A stretch of DNA of 64,000 nucleotides. Source: Phycisphaerales bacterium (GTDB lineage: Bacteria; Planctomycetota; Phycisphaerae; Sedimentisphaerales; Anaerobacaceae). Shown piece by piece: positions 54,905 to 63,454 of this stretch. The DNA lies in NCBI GenBank assembly GCA_030602885.1, contig JAUVYV010000018.1, forward strand, positions 327-64,326. The letters run 5' to 3'. Numbering within the stretch: the stretch's first letter is position 1; the number at the start of each line of letters is the position of its first letter. A program made the position numbers and the translations under genes. The notes under the pieces were generated by a model. That model saw only the letters and a list, made by a program, of their open reading frames with translations. It ran no database searches and had not been told where the DNA came from.

Positions 54905-55387
54905 CTACTCGTCGAGACCAAAGAACTTCATCCAATTCTCTGTCTCGCTTTCAGTAAGGCCCTGTCGCTTGGCTGACGGTTCGTTGCGGCGCCTTTGCTT
55001 TCGGCCAAGCTCTTCGCGGACATCTTTCCAGAAAACCTCCGATTTCACCGTCGTTGCTCTTCTCAGTCGAGCTGCATCACGCAGCCTGCGATCGCTGCTG
55101 ACTATCGTCAGCCGTCTCGGGGCACTGCTCGCCCGTATTTTATGCTCAATTACCGTATCACAATCACTCGTCCGACCGGAAAAACTAACTTCCAGATTGC
55201 TTATATTATCGAATCCGCTCTTGTCAGGCGGGCCTATACCGTCGAAGATAATCTCGCCGCGCTCGCCGATCAGCTTCAGATACTTGCCGAGTATTCGACA
55301 CAACTCAACGTCTTCGACCGATTCCTCGTTCTCATGTGAGTCTCGAATCGACCACAACAGATTGTGACCGTCAACGATAACCGGCAT
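54905..55387 (-). CDS. NYN/YacP-like (PIN-related) domain protein, last gene of the pyr operon.
   Basis: The N-terminus is VIVDGHNLLW, followed by IVSSDRRL, as in YacP/Rae1-type NYN proteins. Its start overlaps the pyrC stop codon by 1 nt. Confidence 0.6.
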   Translation of the reverse strand: MPVIVDGHNLLWSIRDSHENEESVEDVELCRILGKYLKLIGERGEIIFDGIGPPDKSGFDNISNLEVSFSGRTSDCDTVIEHKIRASSAPRRLTIVSSDRRLRDAARLRRATTVKSEVFWKDVREELGRKQRRRNEPSAKRQGLTESETENWMKFFGLDE

Positions 55388-56694
55388 CAGTTAACACCAG
55401 CAGAAAATCTTATTTCGCCGCCTACGATTGTCTTTTCGACTTTGCCTTTCACCCGCCAGCCGTGATAGGGACAATTCCTGCTTTTTGAGCGAAAACTCCT
55501 CACGTCAATCGTGTACTCGGCATCCGCATCGATGATGGTCACATCCGCCTGTTTGCCCTTGCCCAGCGTACCCTTATCAACTCCGATTATCTTAGCCGGC
55601 TTTTCCGTCATCAGCCGAATCAGACCCACCCAGTTCAAAACACCGGGCGATATCAGCGCCTTTTCATAAAGCCCCAGAGAACATTCCAAACTCGCTATAC
55701 CGAATGGAGCCGCCAAAAATTCCAGCTCCTTTTCGCTCTGCAGGTGTGGGGCATGGTCGGTCACTAAAGCATCCACGACCCCCGCCGCAATCGCCTCTCT
55801 CAGCGCCTCGATATCCCTTTCCGTGCGAAGCGGCGGATTCACCTTGTAATTCGTGTCATACTCGGCGCAGTTTTCTTCGGTCAAAAGCAAATGATGAGGC
55901 GTCACCTCACACGTAATCGGCAAAGAATCCTTCTTGCCATCCCTTATCAGCCTGATCGCACCCGCCGTCGAGACATGCTGGGCGTGGTAACGCACCTTTG
56001 TCTTTTTGGCAAGCTGGATGTCCCGCCACAGCATCGCCTCTTCGGCCAGCTTGTCTATCCCGGGAAGACCAAGTACAGTCGAGTGATACCCCGAGTTCAT
56101 CACACCGCTGCCCGCAATCCGCTCGTCCTGGCAGTGCTGCGCAACGACCACATCGAACATACCTGCATACTTCAGCGCCCGAAGCATCACTGCCGGGTCC
56201 TGAACACCGTTGCCGTCGTCGGTAAAACCCACAGCGCCCGCCTCTGCCATAAACCCCATCTCCGCAAGCTCAACGCCTGCGCGCCCCTTCGTGATAGCTC
56301 CCATCAGATAGACATGCGTCTTTCTGGCCTGCCTGGCCTTTCGATGAACATATTCGACATCGGTCTCATTCTCTATGGGAGGCCTTGTATTCGGCATACA
56401 CACAACCGAAGTAAATCCCGCCGACACTGCCGCCGCCGAGCCGCTCGCTATCGTCTCTTCCTCTTCGTCGCCCGGCTCGCGAAAATGTACGTGAATATCA
56501 ATCAGCCCCGGCACAACAAGCTTACCCGTTGCATCGATAACCGTTCTATAATTTTGCATTTTGAATTTTGAATTTTGAATTTCTTCTGCGACCTCCGCTA
56601 TCACCCCATCGACAATAAGAACGTTGCATTTCTTGTCGATAGCATTGGCAGGGTCTATCACCCGCCCATTCTTTATTAATAGTTCAGATTTCAC
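55387..56694 (-). CDS. pyrC: Dihydroorotase.
   Basis: VPGLIDIHVHFREPG...and HAQHVST...TDHAPH motifs of the amidohydrolase dihydroorotase class. Confidence 0.9.
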   Translation of the reverse strand: MKSELLIKNGRVIDPANAIDKKCNVLIVDGVIAEVAEEIQNSKFKMQNYRTVIDATGKLVVPGLIDIHVHFREPGDEEEETIASGSAAAVSAGFTSVVCMPNTRPPIENETDVEYVHRKARQARKTHVYLMGAITKGRAGVELAEMGFMAEAGAVGFTDDGNGVQDPAVMLRALKYAGMFDVVVAQHCQDERIAGSGVMNSGYHSTVLGLPGIDKLAEEAMLWRDIQLAKKTKVRYHAQHVSTAGAIRLIRDGKKDSLPITCEVTPHHLLLTEENCAEYDTNYKVNPPLRTERDIEALREAIAAGVVDALVTDHAPHLQSEKELEFLAAPFGIASLECSLGLYEKALISPGVLNWVGLIRLMTEKPAKIIGVDKGTLGKGKQADVTIIDADAEYTIDVRSFRSKSRNCPYHGWRVKGKVEKTIVGGEIRFSAGVN

Positions 56695-56725
56695 AGCAAA
56701 ATAATCAATAAACCATAATCAATAA

Positions 56726-57679
56726 TCATTTTTTCTGCGCCGCCGCCTGGTTGACTAAAAACAGCACCGCCATCCGCACCGCCACGCCGTTTGTCACCTG
56801 TTCGAGAATAACGCTGTTCTTACCGTCCGCCACCTCACTCTCCATCTCCAGCCCTCTGTTGATCGGCCCGGGATGCATCACTAAAATATCCTCCTTGGCC
56901 CGCTTCATCCTCTCAACCGTCAAGCCGAAGTAATGCGAGTATTCCCGCACCGATGGGAACGGATTGCCGCCCAGACGCTCGAACTGAATCCGAAGCATAT
57001 TTATCACGTCAACCTTCTCGATAACCTCATCGAGCGAATAGCTCACCTTTACCGGCAGCTGCTCAACCTGCCCCGGCATCAGCGTCGCAGGCCCCACAAA
57101 TGTCACTTCAGCGCCGAGCTTCGTCATCGCCCACATATCACTGCGGGCAACACGAGAGTGCACTATGTCGCCGACTATCGCTATCTTCAGACCATCAAGA
57201 CTCCCTCTTAGCTTGCGGATGGTATAGACGTCCAGCAGCCCCTGTGTCGGATGCTCGCAGAAACCGTCGCCCGCATTCACCACGCAGGCATTTATATTCC
57301 TGCTCAGCAATTTCGCCGCACCCCCGGCACTGTGACGAATCACAACAATATCAATCCCCATCGCCTCGAGGTTGCGGGCCGTATCGAGAAGCGTCTCGCC
57401 CTTGCTCACCGAGCTGCTCTTTTTGGTGAACTCGACAACGTCGGCGCTCAGTCGGCTCGCCGCCAGAGCAAAGCTGTTGCGCGTCCGAGTGCTGTCCTCG
57501 AAAAACAGATTCACCACGGTCTTGCCTCGCAGGGCCGGCGCCTTCTTGACCGTCCGCGAGCTTATCTGCTCGAAACCCTCCGCCGTATCAAGTATGTATG
57601 TAATCTCTTCGGCGCTGAGCTCCCTCAGGCCCAGTAGGCCCTTCCGCTCCCACCTGAACTTTTTACTCTTCAACGCCAT
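56726..57679 (-). CDS. pyrB: Aspartate carbamoyltransferase catalytic subunit.
   Basis: FFEDSTRTRNSF and the HPTQ and HPGP motifs. Confidence 0.95.
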   Translation of the reverse strand: MALKSKKFRWERKGLLGLRELSAEEITYILDTAEGFEQISSRTVKKAPALRGKTVVNLFFEDSTRTRNSFALAASRLSADVVEFTKKSSSVSKGETLLDTARNLEAMGIDIVVIRHSAGGAAKLLSRNINACVVNAGDGFCEHPTQGLLDVYTIRKLRGSLDGLKIAIVGDIVHSRVARSDMWAMTKLGAEVTFVGPATLMPGQVEQLPVKVSYSLDEVIEKVDVINMLRIQFERLGGNPFPSVREYSHYFGLTVERMKRAKEDILVMHPGPINRGLEMESEVADGKNSVILEQVTNGVAVRMAVLFLVNQAAAQKK

Positions 57680-57703
57680 ATCCCTCGCCTGGGTGAAACT
57701 CGC

Positions 57704-58249
57704 TTACCTTTTGCCCGACACTTTTCCGACGACCACCTCTTCTTTGCCGTCGGATTCGCTAAGGAAAACCTGCACCGATTCGCCGGATGCAACATCCGCC
57801 TTGTAGCCCGTGTAGTCGGCCTGTATCGGAAACTCCCTGCCCGCCCTCTCTACAAGGACCGCTAATCGAATCCCCCTCGGCCTGCCTAAGTCTATCAAAG
57901 CATCCAGCGCCGCACGAGTCGAACGCCCCGTATAGAGCACATCATCCACAAGGATAATAATCTTGTCGTCGATATCAAAGCCGATCTCGGTGGTCCGCAC
58001 TGCCGGCTGTGCACCGCCCTGCGGCGAATTCAAATCATCCCGATAAAGCGTTATATCCAGCGTCCCGCAAGGCACCTCTTCGCCTAACTTTTCACTCAGC
58101 CGCGACGCCAATCGCTGCGCAAGAATCTCACCCCTGCTGCGAATACCTATCACCGCAACGTCGGCCTTGCCCTTCGCATCACGAACAATACCGCCGGTCA
58201 GCTCCCCCAGAACCTGCTCTATCTGCTTTGAATCGAGGATTACCTTCAT
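57704..58249 (-). CDS. pyrR: Bifunctional pyr operon regulator / uracil phosphoribosyltransferase PyrR.
   Basis: VAVIGIRSRGEILAQRL...IILVDDVLYTGRSTRAAL. Confidence 0.9.
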   Translation of the reverse strand: MKVILDSKQIEQVLGELTGGIVRDAKGKADVAVIGIRSRGEILAQRLASRLSEKLGEEVPCGTLDITLYRDDLNSPQGGAQPAVRTTEIGFDIDDKIIILVDDVLYTGRSTRAALDALIDLGRPRGIRLAVLVERAGREFPIQADYTGYKADVASGESVQVFLSESDGKEEVVVGKVSGKR

Positions 58250-58292
58250 AGTTTACAACTCACCCACATCTAAAGTGGACATTGTCCGAGCA

Positions 58293-58321
58293 AGTATAGC
58301 AGAGACCGCCTCCAATGGCAA
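58293..58321 (-). promoter_or_regulatory. Sigma-70-type promoter upstream of pyrR.
   Basis: Minus strand TTGCCA, 17-nt spacer, TATACT. It lies ~40 nt upstream of the pyrR ATG. Confidence 0.45.
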
Positions 58322-58798
58322 CATTCCTAAATCAACTTTTCTACCCCCACCTCGAAAGCTCCGTTACCTCTCCCCTTATAACGCCAACGCCCTCAACGTG
58401 TTTCGCCCCTCCACTCGTCGTTTGGGTAGAGGGGGGTTATGTTTACCCCGTGAGATGGCGCCGGCCTATCTCACTTGGGGGTAGTTTGGGGCCGGGATCG
58501 GAGTCCGGGGTCTCCGCTGCGCTGCGATTTTTGGGCGAAAAACAGGGCTTTTGACTTGACTTATGGGTACATGGTTGCACGCTGACCTGCGTTTTTGGGC
58601 TAAAAATGGGGGTTGGCGTGACGAAAACGCGCGAAAGTTTGAAAAAAATTGAAAAAATTTGCTAAAGGGAGTGTGTTTTTGGGGTCCTCTGTTGCTGAGC
58701 CAAGGGGGCAACGGTTCCTCTGCTGTAAGACCAAAGTAGCAACCTCCCGAGGACAGCGAGGATAAACTCAGCGGGAGCGAGGAGGTAAAAAGTTTTTC

Positions 58799-58888
58799 AT
58801 CGCGGATTGGGACAGTTGGTTCACCACCAAGACGCAAAGACACGAAGAAATTGGAACCACGGATACCCCTTCGGTAGGCACAAGTTGA
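58799..58888. repeat. Solo copy of the 115-bp repeat family seen in tandem at 217-640.
   Basis: atcgcggattgggacag...ttcaccaccaagacgcaaagacacgaagaa...ccacggataccccttcggtaggcacaagtt. The terminal 30-mer is identical to the unit ends at 305-334 and 420-449. Confidence 0.8.
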
Positions 58889-59277
58889 CACGGATTATCA
58901 CGGATTGCGGGGTTGATTATGGAAATCCGCCTACGGCGGACTTGTTTGCCGGGCGAAGGGGCGATATACTCTATGAAGCGTGTTTGAAATCGATGAACGA
59001 ATTGGAATGGAGAAGAAGAATAGGTGACTGTGGGGGTGTTGAAAAAGTGGCGTAATGAGAATTTTAGCCCTAATCCCGAATCCCGGCCTGAAATCGCATG
59101 TTGTTTTTTTGTTTACAGGGTTTTTCAACAGCCCCACTATCCCTGCGACTGTCCCTCAAGACATTGCTTTCTTTGATTGGCAGATTGACGCTGATTGCGC
59201 TTTGGTGTATTTTATACAGTAGACATGGTTCCAATGCAAAGATGTCTGGATTCACGTTGCTATGAAAGGACAAGATT

Positions 59278-59586
59278 ATGCCCTTTGAGTACTGGGGTTA
59301 TCAGTTTGAGGGAGCGTACACCTTGCCTGATCTTTTGAAGTCGAACGCCGGAGTCTACGTTATCTGGTGTGAAAGCGAAGGCAACTGGACTGTGCTTGAC
59401 GTTGGGGAAGCTGCCGACGTGAAGAAGCGGGTCAAGAACCATGACCGAACTCGCTGCTGGGAAGAGCATTGTCGAGGCACAATTTATTATTCAGCAACCT
59501 ATACGCCAAGTCTCCAACAGGAAGATAGAATGAAGATAGAAGAAAGAATAAGGAGCTTGGCAAGTCCACCATGCGGTAGCCGCTAG
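59278..59586 (+). CDS. Hypothetical 102-aa protein, with a weak GIY-YIG-like N-terminal pattern.
   Basis: An aaagga RBS is present. AGVYVIW...LDVGEAADVKKRVKNH loosely resembles the GIY...YIG...R..H pattern. The family call is tentative. Confidence 0.4.
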   Translation: MPFEYWGYQFEGAYTLPDLLKSNAGVYVIWCESEGNWTVLDVGEAADVKKRVKNHDRTRCWEEHCRGTIYYSATYTPSLQQEDRMKIEERIRSLASPPCGSR

Positions 59587-59755
59587 GGTATTGTTCCCTC
59601 TTGGTTGCCATGTGTGATGCAGCGATTGAAGGCAAATATGAGAGGCATGTTTGAAGACAGAAGAATCAACGAGATTATGAAAGCAGCCAACGGCGGACTT
59701 GTCACTTTCAAGCCGTACATTCGTAAGCCAAGCATTTGACGGGGAATCGTGAGTC

Positions 59756-60667
59756 ATGGATCAACCATACGGAGGGATTAGACTGGACATCCCAACGATC
59801 AACGATGATCCTGGAGATTTTGACAGACTCTTCGGACTCTGGCAGGTGGTCAACGATTCTTGTGGCGACGTGACGTTTGACTTTACACCATGCCGCTTTT
59901 TACGTCCTAATGCGATCGCGTTCCTGGGTGGTTTGGCACGTTTAATTCAAAGCCAGAATCGTTCAGGAACGTTCGATTGGGAGACAGTGAGCGATCCAGT
60001 TCTGGCAATACTCAGACAAAATGGATTTGCTGGCGCCTTTGGATATATACATACTTTAGGAGGGCCTGGCAGCTCAATACCATATCGAGAAGATAGAACT
60101 TATGCAACTGGTGTAGAAAATGATATTATAAACTATCTTAAATTTAATTGGTTAGGCACTGGTTGGGTTCGTGTAACTTCCAGACTTAGAGACGCAATTG
60201 TAGGAAGGGTTTGGGAGATCTACGCTAACGCATTCTTACATGCTAAGTCGAACATTGGGGTCTTTAGTTGTGGCCAGTACTTTTGGCAGATGCATGTTCT
60301 CAAATTAGCTGTGGTAGATTTTGGTGTTGGTATTACAACAAGTGTAAAACAGTATTTTAAGGAAACGCATTCTGCGGAAGAGTTAGATGCAGCAGTTTGT
60401 TTAGAATGGGCATTTCGGGAAAGAACTTCAACAATTAAGGGGGTAGGACGCGGAAATGGGCTTAGTCTTCTTAAAGAATTTGTAAATATTAACCATGGAA
60501 GACTTGAAGTCTACAGCCAAGATGGGTATGCTTTGATCGAAGGCGGAAAAGAAAAATTTAATAACCGACGGAAATATTTTCAAGGAACGCTGGTAAACAT
60601 TACTCTTCGCTGTGATAAGAAGTACTACCAACTTGTTGATGAAGGCCCTTCTGGACCCTTGTTTTAA
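59756..60667 (+). CDS. GHKL-superfamily ATPase / SpoIIAB-RsbW-like Ser/Thr kinase domain protein, with an unknown N-terminal ~100-aa domain.
   Basis: The N-box is WEIYANAFLHAKS. The G1 motif is VVDFGVGI. The G2 motif is GVGRGNGLSLL. Local GC is low. Confidence 0.7.
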   Translation: MDQPYGGIRLDIPTINDDPGDFDRLFGLWQVVNDSCGDVTFDFTPCRFLRPNAIAFLGGLARLIQSQNRSGTFDWETVSDPVLAILRQNGFAGAFGYIHTLGGPGSSIPYREDRTYATGVENDIINYLKFNWLGTGWVRVTSRLRDAIVGRVWEIYANAFLHAKSNIGVFSCGQYFWQMHVLKLAVVDFGVGITTSVKQYFKETHSAEELDAAVCLEWAFRERTSTIKGVGRGNGLSLLKEFVNINHGRLEVYSQDGYALIEGGKEKFNNRRKYFQGTLVNITLRCDKKYYQLVDEGPSGPLF

Positions 60668-60682
60668 TAAGGAGAAATCAGG

Positions 60683-61030
60683 ATGAACGTAGAAATAAAA
60701 ACTTTGGTGGGTGATAGTTGTGTGACATCAGAAGATGGACAGCGTGTTTACGATGTAATTTATCCCAAGCTGGCAGCCGGTGAGTCAGTTTGTTTGAATT
60801 TCTCCAATATACGGGTTTTTGCGTCTCCCTTCTTCAATTTTGCCATCGGGCAGCTTCTTAAGGACTTAGAACCCGATGCTCTGAACCAGCTGCTGAAAGT
60901 AGAGAAAATTACTGCTGATGGCTTGCTCATATGCCAGCAAGTCGTAAAAAATGCCAAGGAATACTACAGGAATCCGGAGACAAAGAAAGCCGTCGATGAC
61001 ATTCTGAAACAACAAGCGGAGGACGAGTAA
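60683..61030 (+). CDS. DUF4325 / STAS-like domain protein.
   Basis: The 115-aa protein has SVCLNFSNIRVFASPFFNFAIGQL, the ...v.lDF.gV....sSF..e.ig.l pattern of STAS-like DUF4325 proteins. These usually sit beside a GHKL ATPase. Confidence 0.65.
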   Translation: MNVEIKTLVGDSCVTSEDGQRVYDVIYPKLAAGESVCLNFSNIRVFASPFFNFAIGQLLKDLEPDALNQLLKVEKITADGLLICQQVVKNAKEYYRNPETKKAVDDILKQQAEDE

Positions 61031-61653
61031 TGCCTGTAAACTATGTGATTGGCGCGGATATCATAGATATCAGAGTAGATACACCAGGGCCCGAAGACGT
61101 TTTCCTCGTGGATTCAAATGTCTGGTACTGGATGGCCTACACCAAAGCAAGCCTTGCGAACAAACCGCCGTGGCCGCAACAAATTCACGACTATCCTACT
61201 TTCGTAAATAAAGCCATTGGTGTAAGCGCAAAGCTGTACCGATGTGGGCTATCATTTGCAGAGTTAGCACATCGCATCGAAAGAACAGAACTGGAAATCT
61301 TCGAGAAGACCTTTGGGCGAATCTACCCTAAAGAATACCGCCACAACCACCCTTCACAGCGCTCAAATGTAGTGAGTGAAGTTAAAGCTGCGTGGGCACA
61401 GGTCAAGACAATGGCATCGTCTCTGGATGTTACGATTAATGATGCCGTAGCGGATGCCGCGATTGGCCGTTTTGATAATGAGTGCGTCGATGGATATGAC
61501 CTGTTCTTCTTGGAGGCAATGACTAACGAGAAAGTAATCAAGATCATTACGGATGATGGAGACTTCGCGACTGTATCAGAGATACAAGTCTTCACTGCAA
61601 ACCAGAACGTTGTCACTGCCGCACAGAGCCAAGGCAAGCTCGTAACGAGATAA
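61030..61653 (+). CDS. PIN-like nuclease domain protein.
   Basis: Four acidic positions fall in PIN order: FLVDSNVW, SFAELAHRIE, DGYDLFFLEA and IITDDGDF. The ATG overlaps the upstream TAA stop codon (TAATG). Confidence 0.6.
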   Translation: MPVNYVIGADIIDIRVDTPGPEDVFLVDSNVWYWMAYTKASLANKPPWPQQIHDYPTFVNKAIGVSAKLYRCGLSFAELAHRIERTELEIFEKTFGRIYPKEYRHNHPSQRSNVVSEVKAAWAQVKTMASSLDVTINDAVADAAIGRFDNECVDGYDLFFLEAMTNEKVIKIITDDGDFATVSEIQVFTANQNVVTAAQSQGKLVTR

Positions 61654-62036
61654 GCCTGATACGTTGGGAGCGAATGAGTCTGCGGACGCGTAAAAGATAT
61701 TACACCGCCCCAAGTTCCAGTCCGCTAGGCGAGTAAACTGAGGAAACTCCGCAAACCAGACAGTCACCTATTTTGCTAAAAACAGCAGAGGAGACGTTTA
61801 ATTGGGCCGTATTGCGTATTGCGTATAGTGGATGGGGGTTGGGATGGCCGCCGCACTTACTTCTTAGGATGGGGGTTATTGAAGCGATTTCGAGTGCCGG
61901 GTTGACGAACATCAGAGTTAGGGATTGTGGTTAGATGTGGAAGTAGGTGCGGGGTCTTCGCTTCGCCCGCCTACGGCGGGCAAGCTTCGAGGGCTTAAAC
62001 ATTTGTTGCAGGTGGGTGGTGGTGCGGGTTGTTCGA

Positions 62037-62065
62037 TTGAAAAATGTCGGCAAATGTGGTATAAT
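62037..62065 (+). promoter_or_regulatory. Near-consensus extended -10 sigma-70 promoter for hflX.
   Basis: TTGAAA, 17-nt spacer ending in TGg, TATAAT. It lies 35 nt upstream of the hflX TTG start. Confidence 0.65.
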
Positions 62066-62100
62066 GCCGGTGCCGGTTGTTTTTGGAGGTTGATACTTAG

Positions 62101-63432
62101 TTGGATAAAGTACGTGAGACTCTCAGGGTCAGGAAGGAACGGGCTGTTCTGGTCGGTGCTGTTGCGGGCAGGAGCAAAGAGCAGGATAACCTCGAGGAGC
62201 TGACGGCCCTGGCAAAGAGTGCCGGGGCGGTTGTGGTTGATAAATTTCAGCAGAAGCTCCGGTCGATAAACCCGGCCCTGTACGTGGGCAAGGGCAAGGC
62301 AGAGCAGCTTGCCGGCAGGGTCAGGCGATTTAGGGCGGACGTTGTTATATTCGACAACGACCTGCTGCCTCGGCAGATTCGCGAGCTTGAGAGAATAATT
62401 GAAATCAAGGTCATCGACCGCAGCGAGCTGATTCTCGATATCTTCGCGACCAGGGCCAAGACCAGACAGGCCAAGCTTCAGGTCGAGCTTGCGCAGCTCG
62501 AGTATACGTATCCCCGGCTTACGCGGATGTGGTCTCATCTTGATACGGTGGTTGGCGCCGGCGGGGCGACGGCGGCAGGTGCGGTCGGCGGTATAGGAAC
62601 GAGAGGGCCTGGTGAGCAGCAGCTTGAAATCGACCGGCGATTAGTCAACAAGCGAATCGGCGAGCTGAAAGGCGAGCTTGAAAGAATCGACAGGCGCAGA
62701 GTGCGTGAGATCGACGGACGAAAGGGGCTGTTCAAGATTTGTTTGGTCGGATATACGAACGCCGGCAAGAGCACGCTGCTGAACGCGCTGACCGATGCGG
62801 ATGTGCTTGTGGAGGACCGGCTGTTTGCCACGCTCGATACTCGCACGAGGAAATGGGCGCTGGGCGGCGGAAAAGAGGTCCTGCTGAGTGACACGATAGG
62901 CTTCATTAAGAACCTGCCGCATCAGCTCGTCGCCTCATTCAGGGCGACCCTCGAAGAGGCCATCAATGCCGACCTGCTCCTGCATATTGTCGATGTTTCG
63001 AGCAGCGAAGCCCTCAAGCAGATTGAATCGGTGAATAGTGTTTTGGCTGAAATCGGGTGCGGTCGCAGGCCGAGGCTTCTTGTATTGAACAAGGTCGATG
63101 TCGTCGGGGCCGTCGGCACCCTTGAGATGCTTGCGACGGTTTACAACGAGGCGGTGTGCATATCGGCCAGGACGGGGAGTGGCCTGGACGAGCTCAGGGA
63201 CGCCGTACTGGCACAATACAAAGGCGCCGAGCTTGTCCTTCGTGTCACCGCAAGCCAGTCAAACGGCAAGGTGCAGAGCTTCCTTAGAGCATACGCTGCT
63301 GTCCTGGATGAACGTTATTCCGACGGTCAGGTGCTAATCGAGGCAAGGCTCGGCCGAAACCAGTTGGCCGACCTGAAGAGACTTCGCCCCGAGAGCATCG
63401 AGGTCATCCGGAGCCAGGACTCCACACCCTAA
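62101..63432 (+). CDS. hflX: GTPase HflX.
   Basis: The HflX N-terminal domain is followed by G1 GYTNAGKST, G3 DTIGF and G4 NKVD. Confidence 0.9.
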   Translation: MDKVRETLRVRKERAVLVGAVAGRSKEQDNLEELTALAKSAGAVVVDKFQQKLRSINPALYVGKGKAEQLAGRVRRFRADVVIFDNDLLPRQIRELERIIEIKVIDRSELILDIFATRAKTRQAKLQVELAQLEYTYPRLTRMWSHLDTVVGAGGATAAGAVGGIGTRGPGEQQLEIDRRLVNKRIGELKGELERIDRRRVREIDGRKGLFKICLVGYTNAGKSTLLNALTDADVLVEDRLFATLDTRTRKWALGGGKEVLLSDTIGFIKNLPHQLVASFRATLEEAINADLLLHIVDVSSSEALKQIESVNSVLAEIGCGRRPRLLVLNKVDVVGAVGTLEMLATVYNEAVCISARTGSGLDELRDAVLAQYKGAELVLRVTASQSNGKVQSFLRAYAAVLDERYSDGQVLIEARLGRNQLADLKRLRPESIEVIRSQDSTP

Positions 63433-63454
63433 ATTGAATAAGGAGTCATATTTT

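Noticed and set aside
58250-58330. The expected PyrR-binding attenuator (anti-antiterminator loop with a UCCAGAGAGG-type motif) upstream of pyrR.
   Set aside because: The leader between the predicted promoter and the ATG is only ~40 nt. I could find neither the PyrR-box consensus nor a terminator hairpin there.
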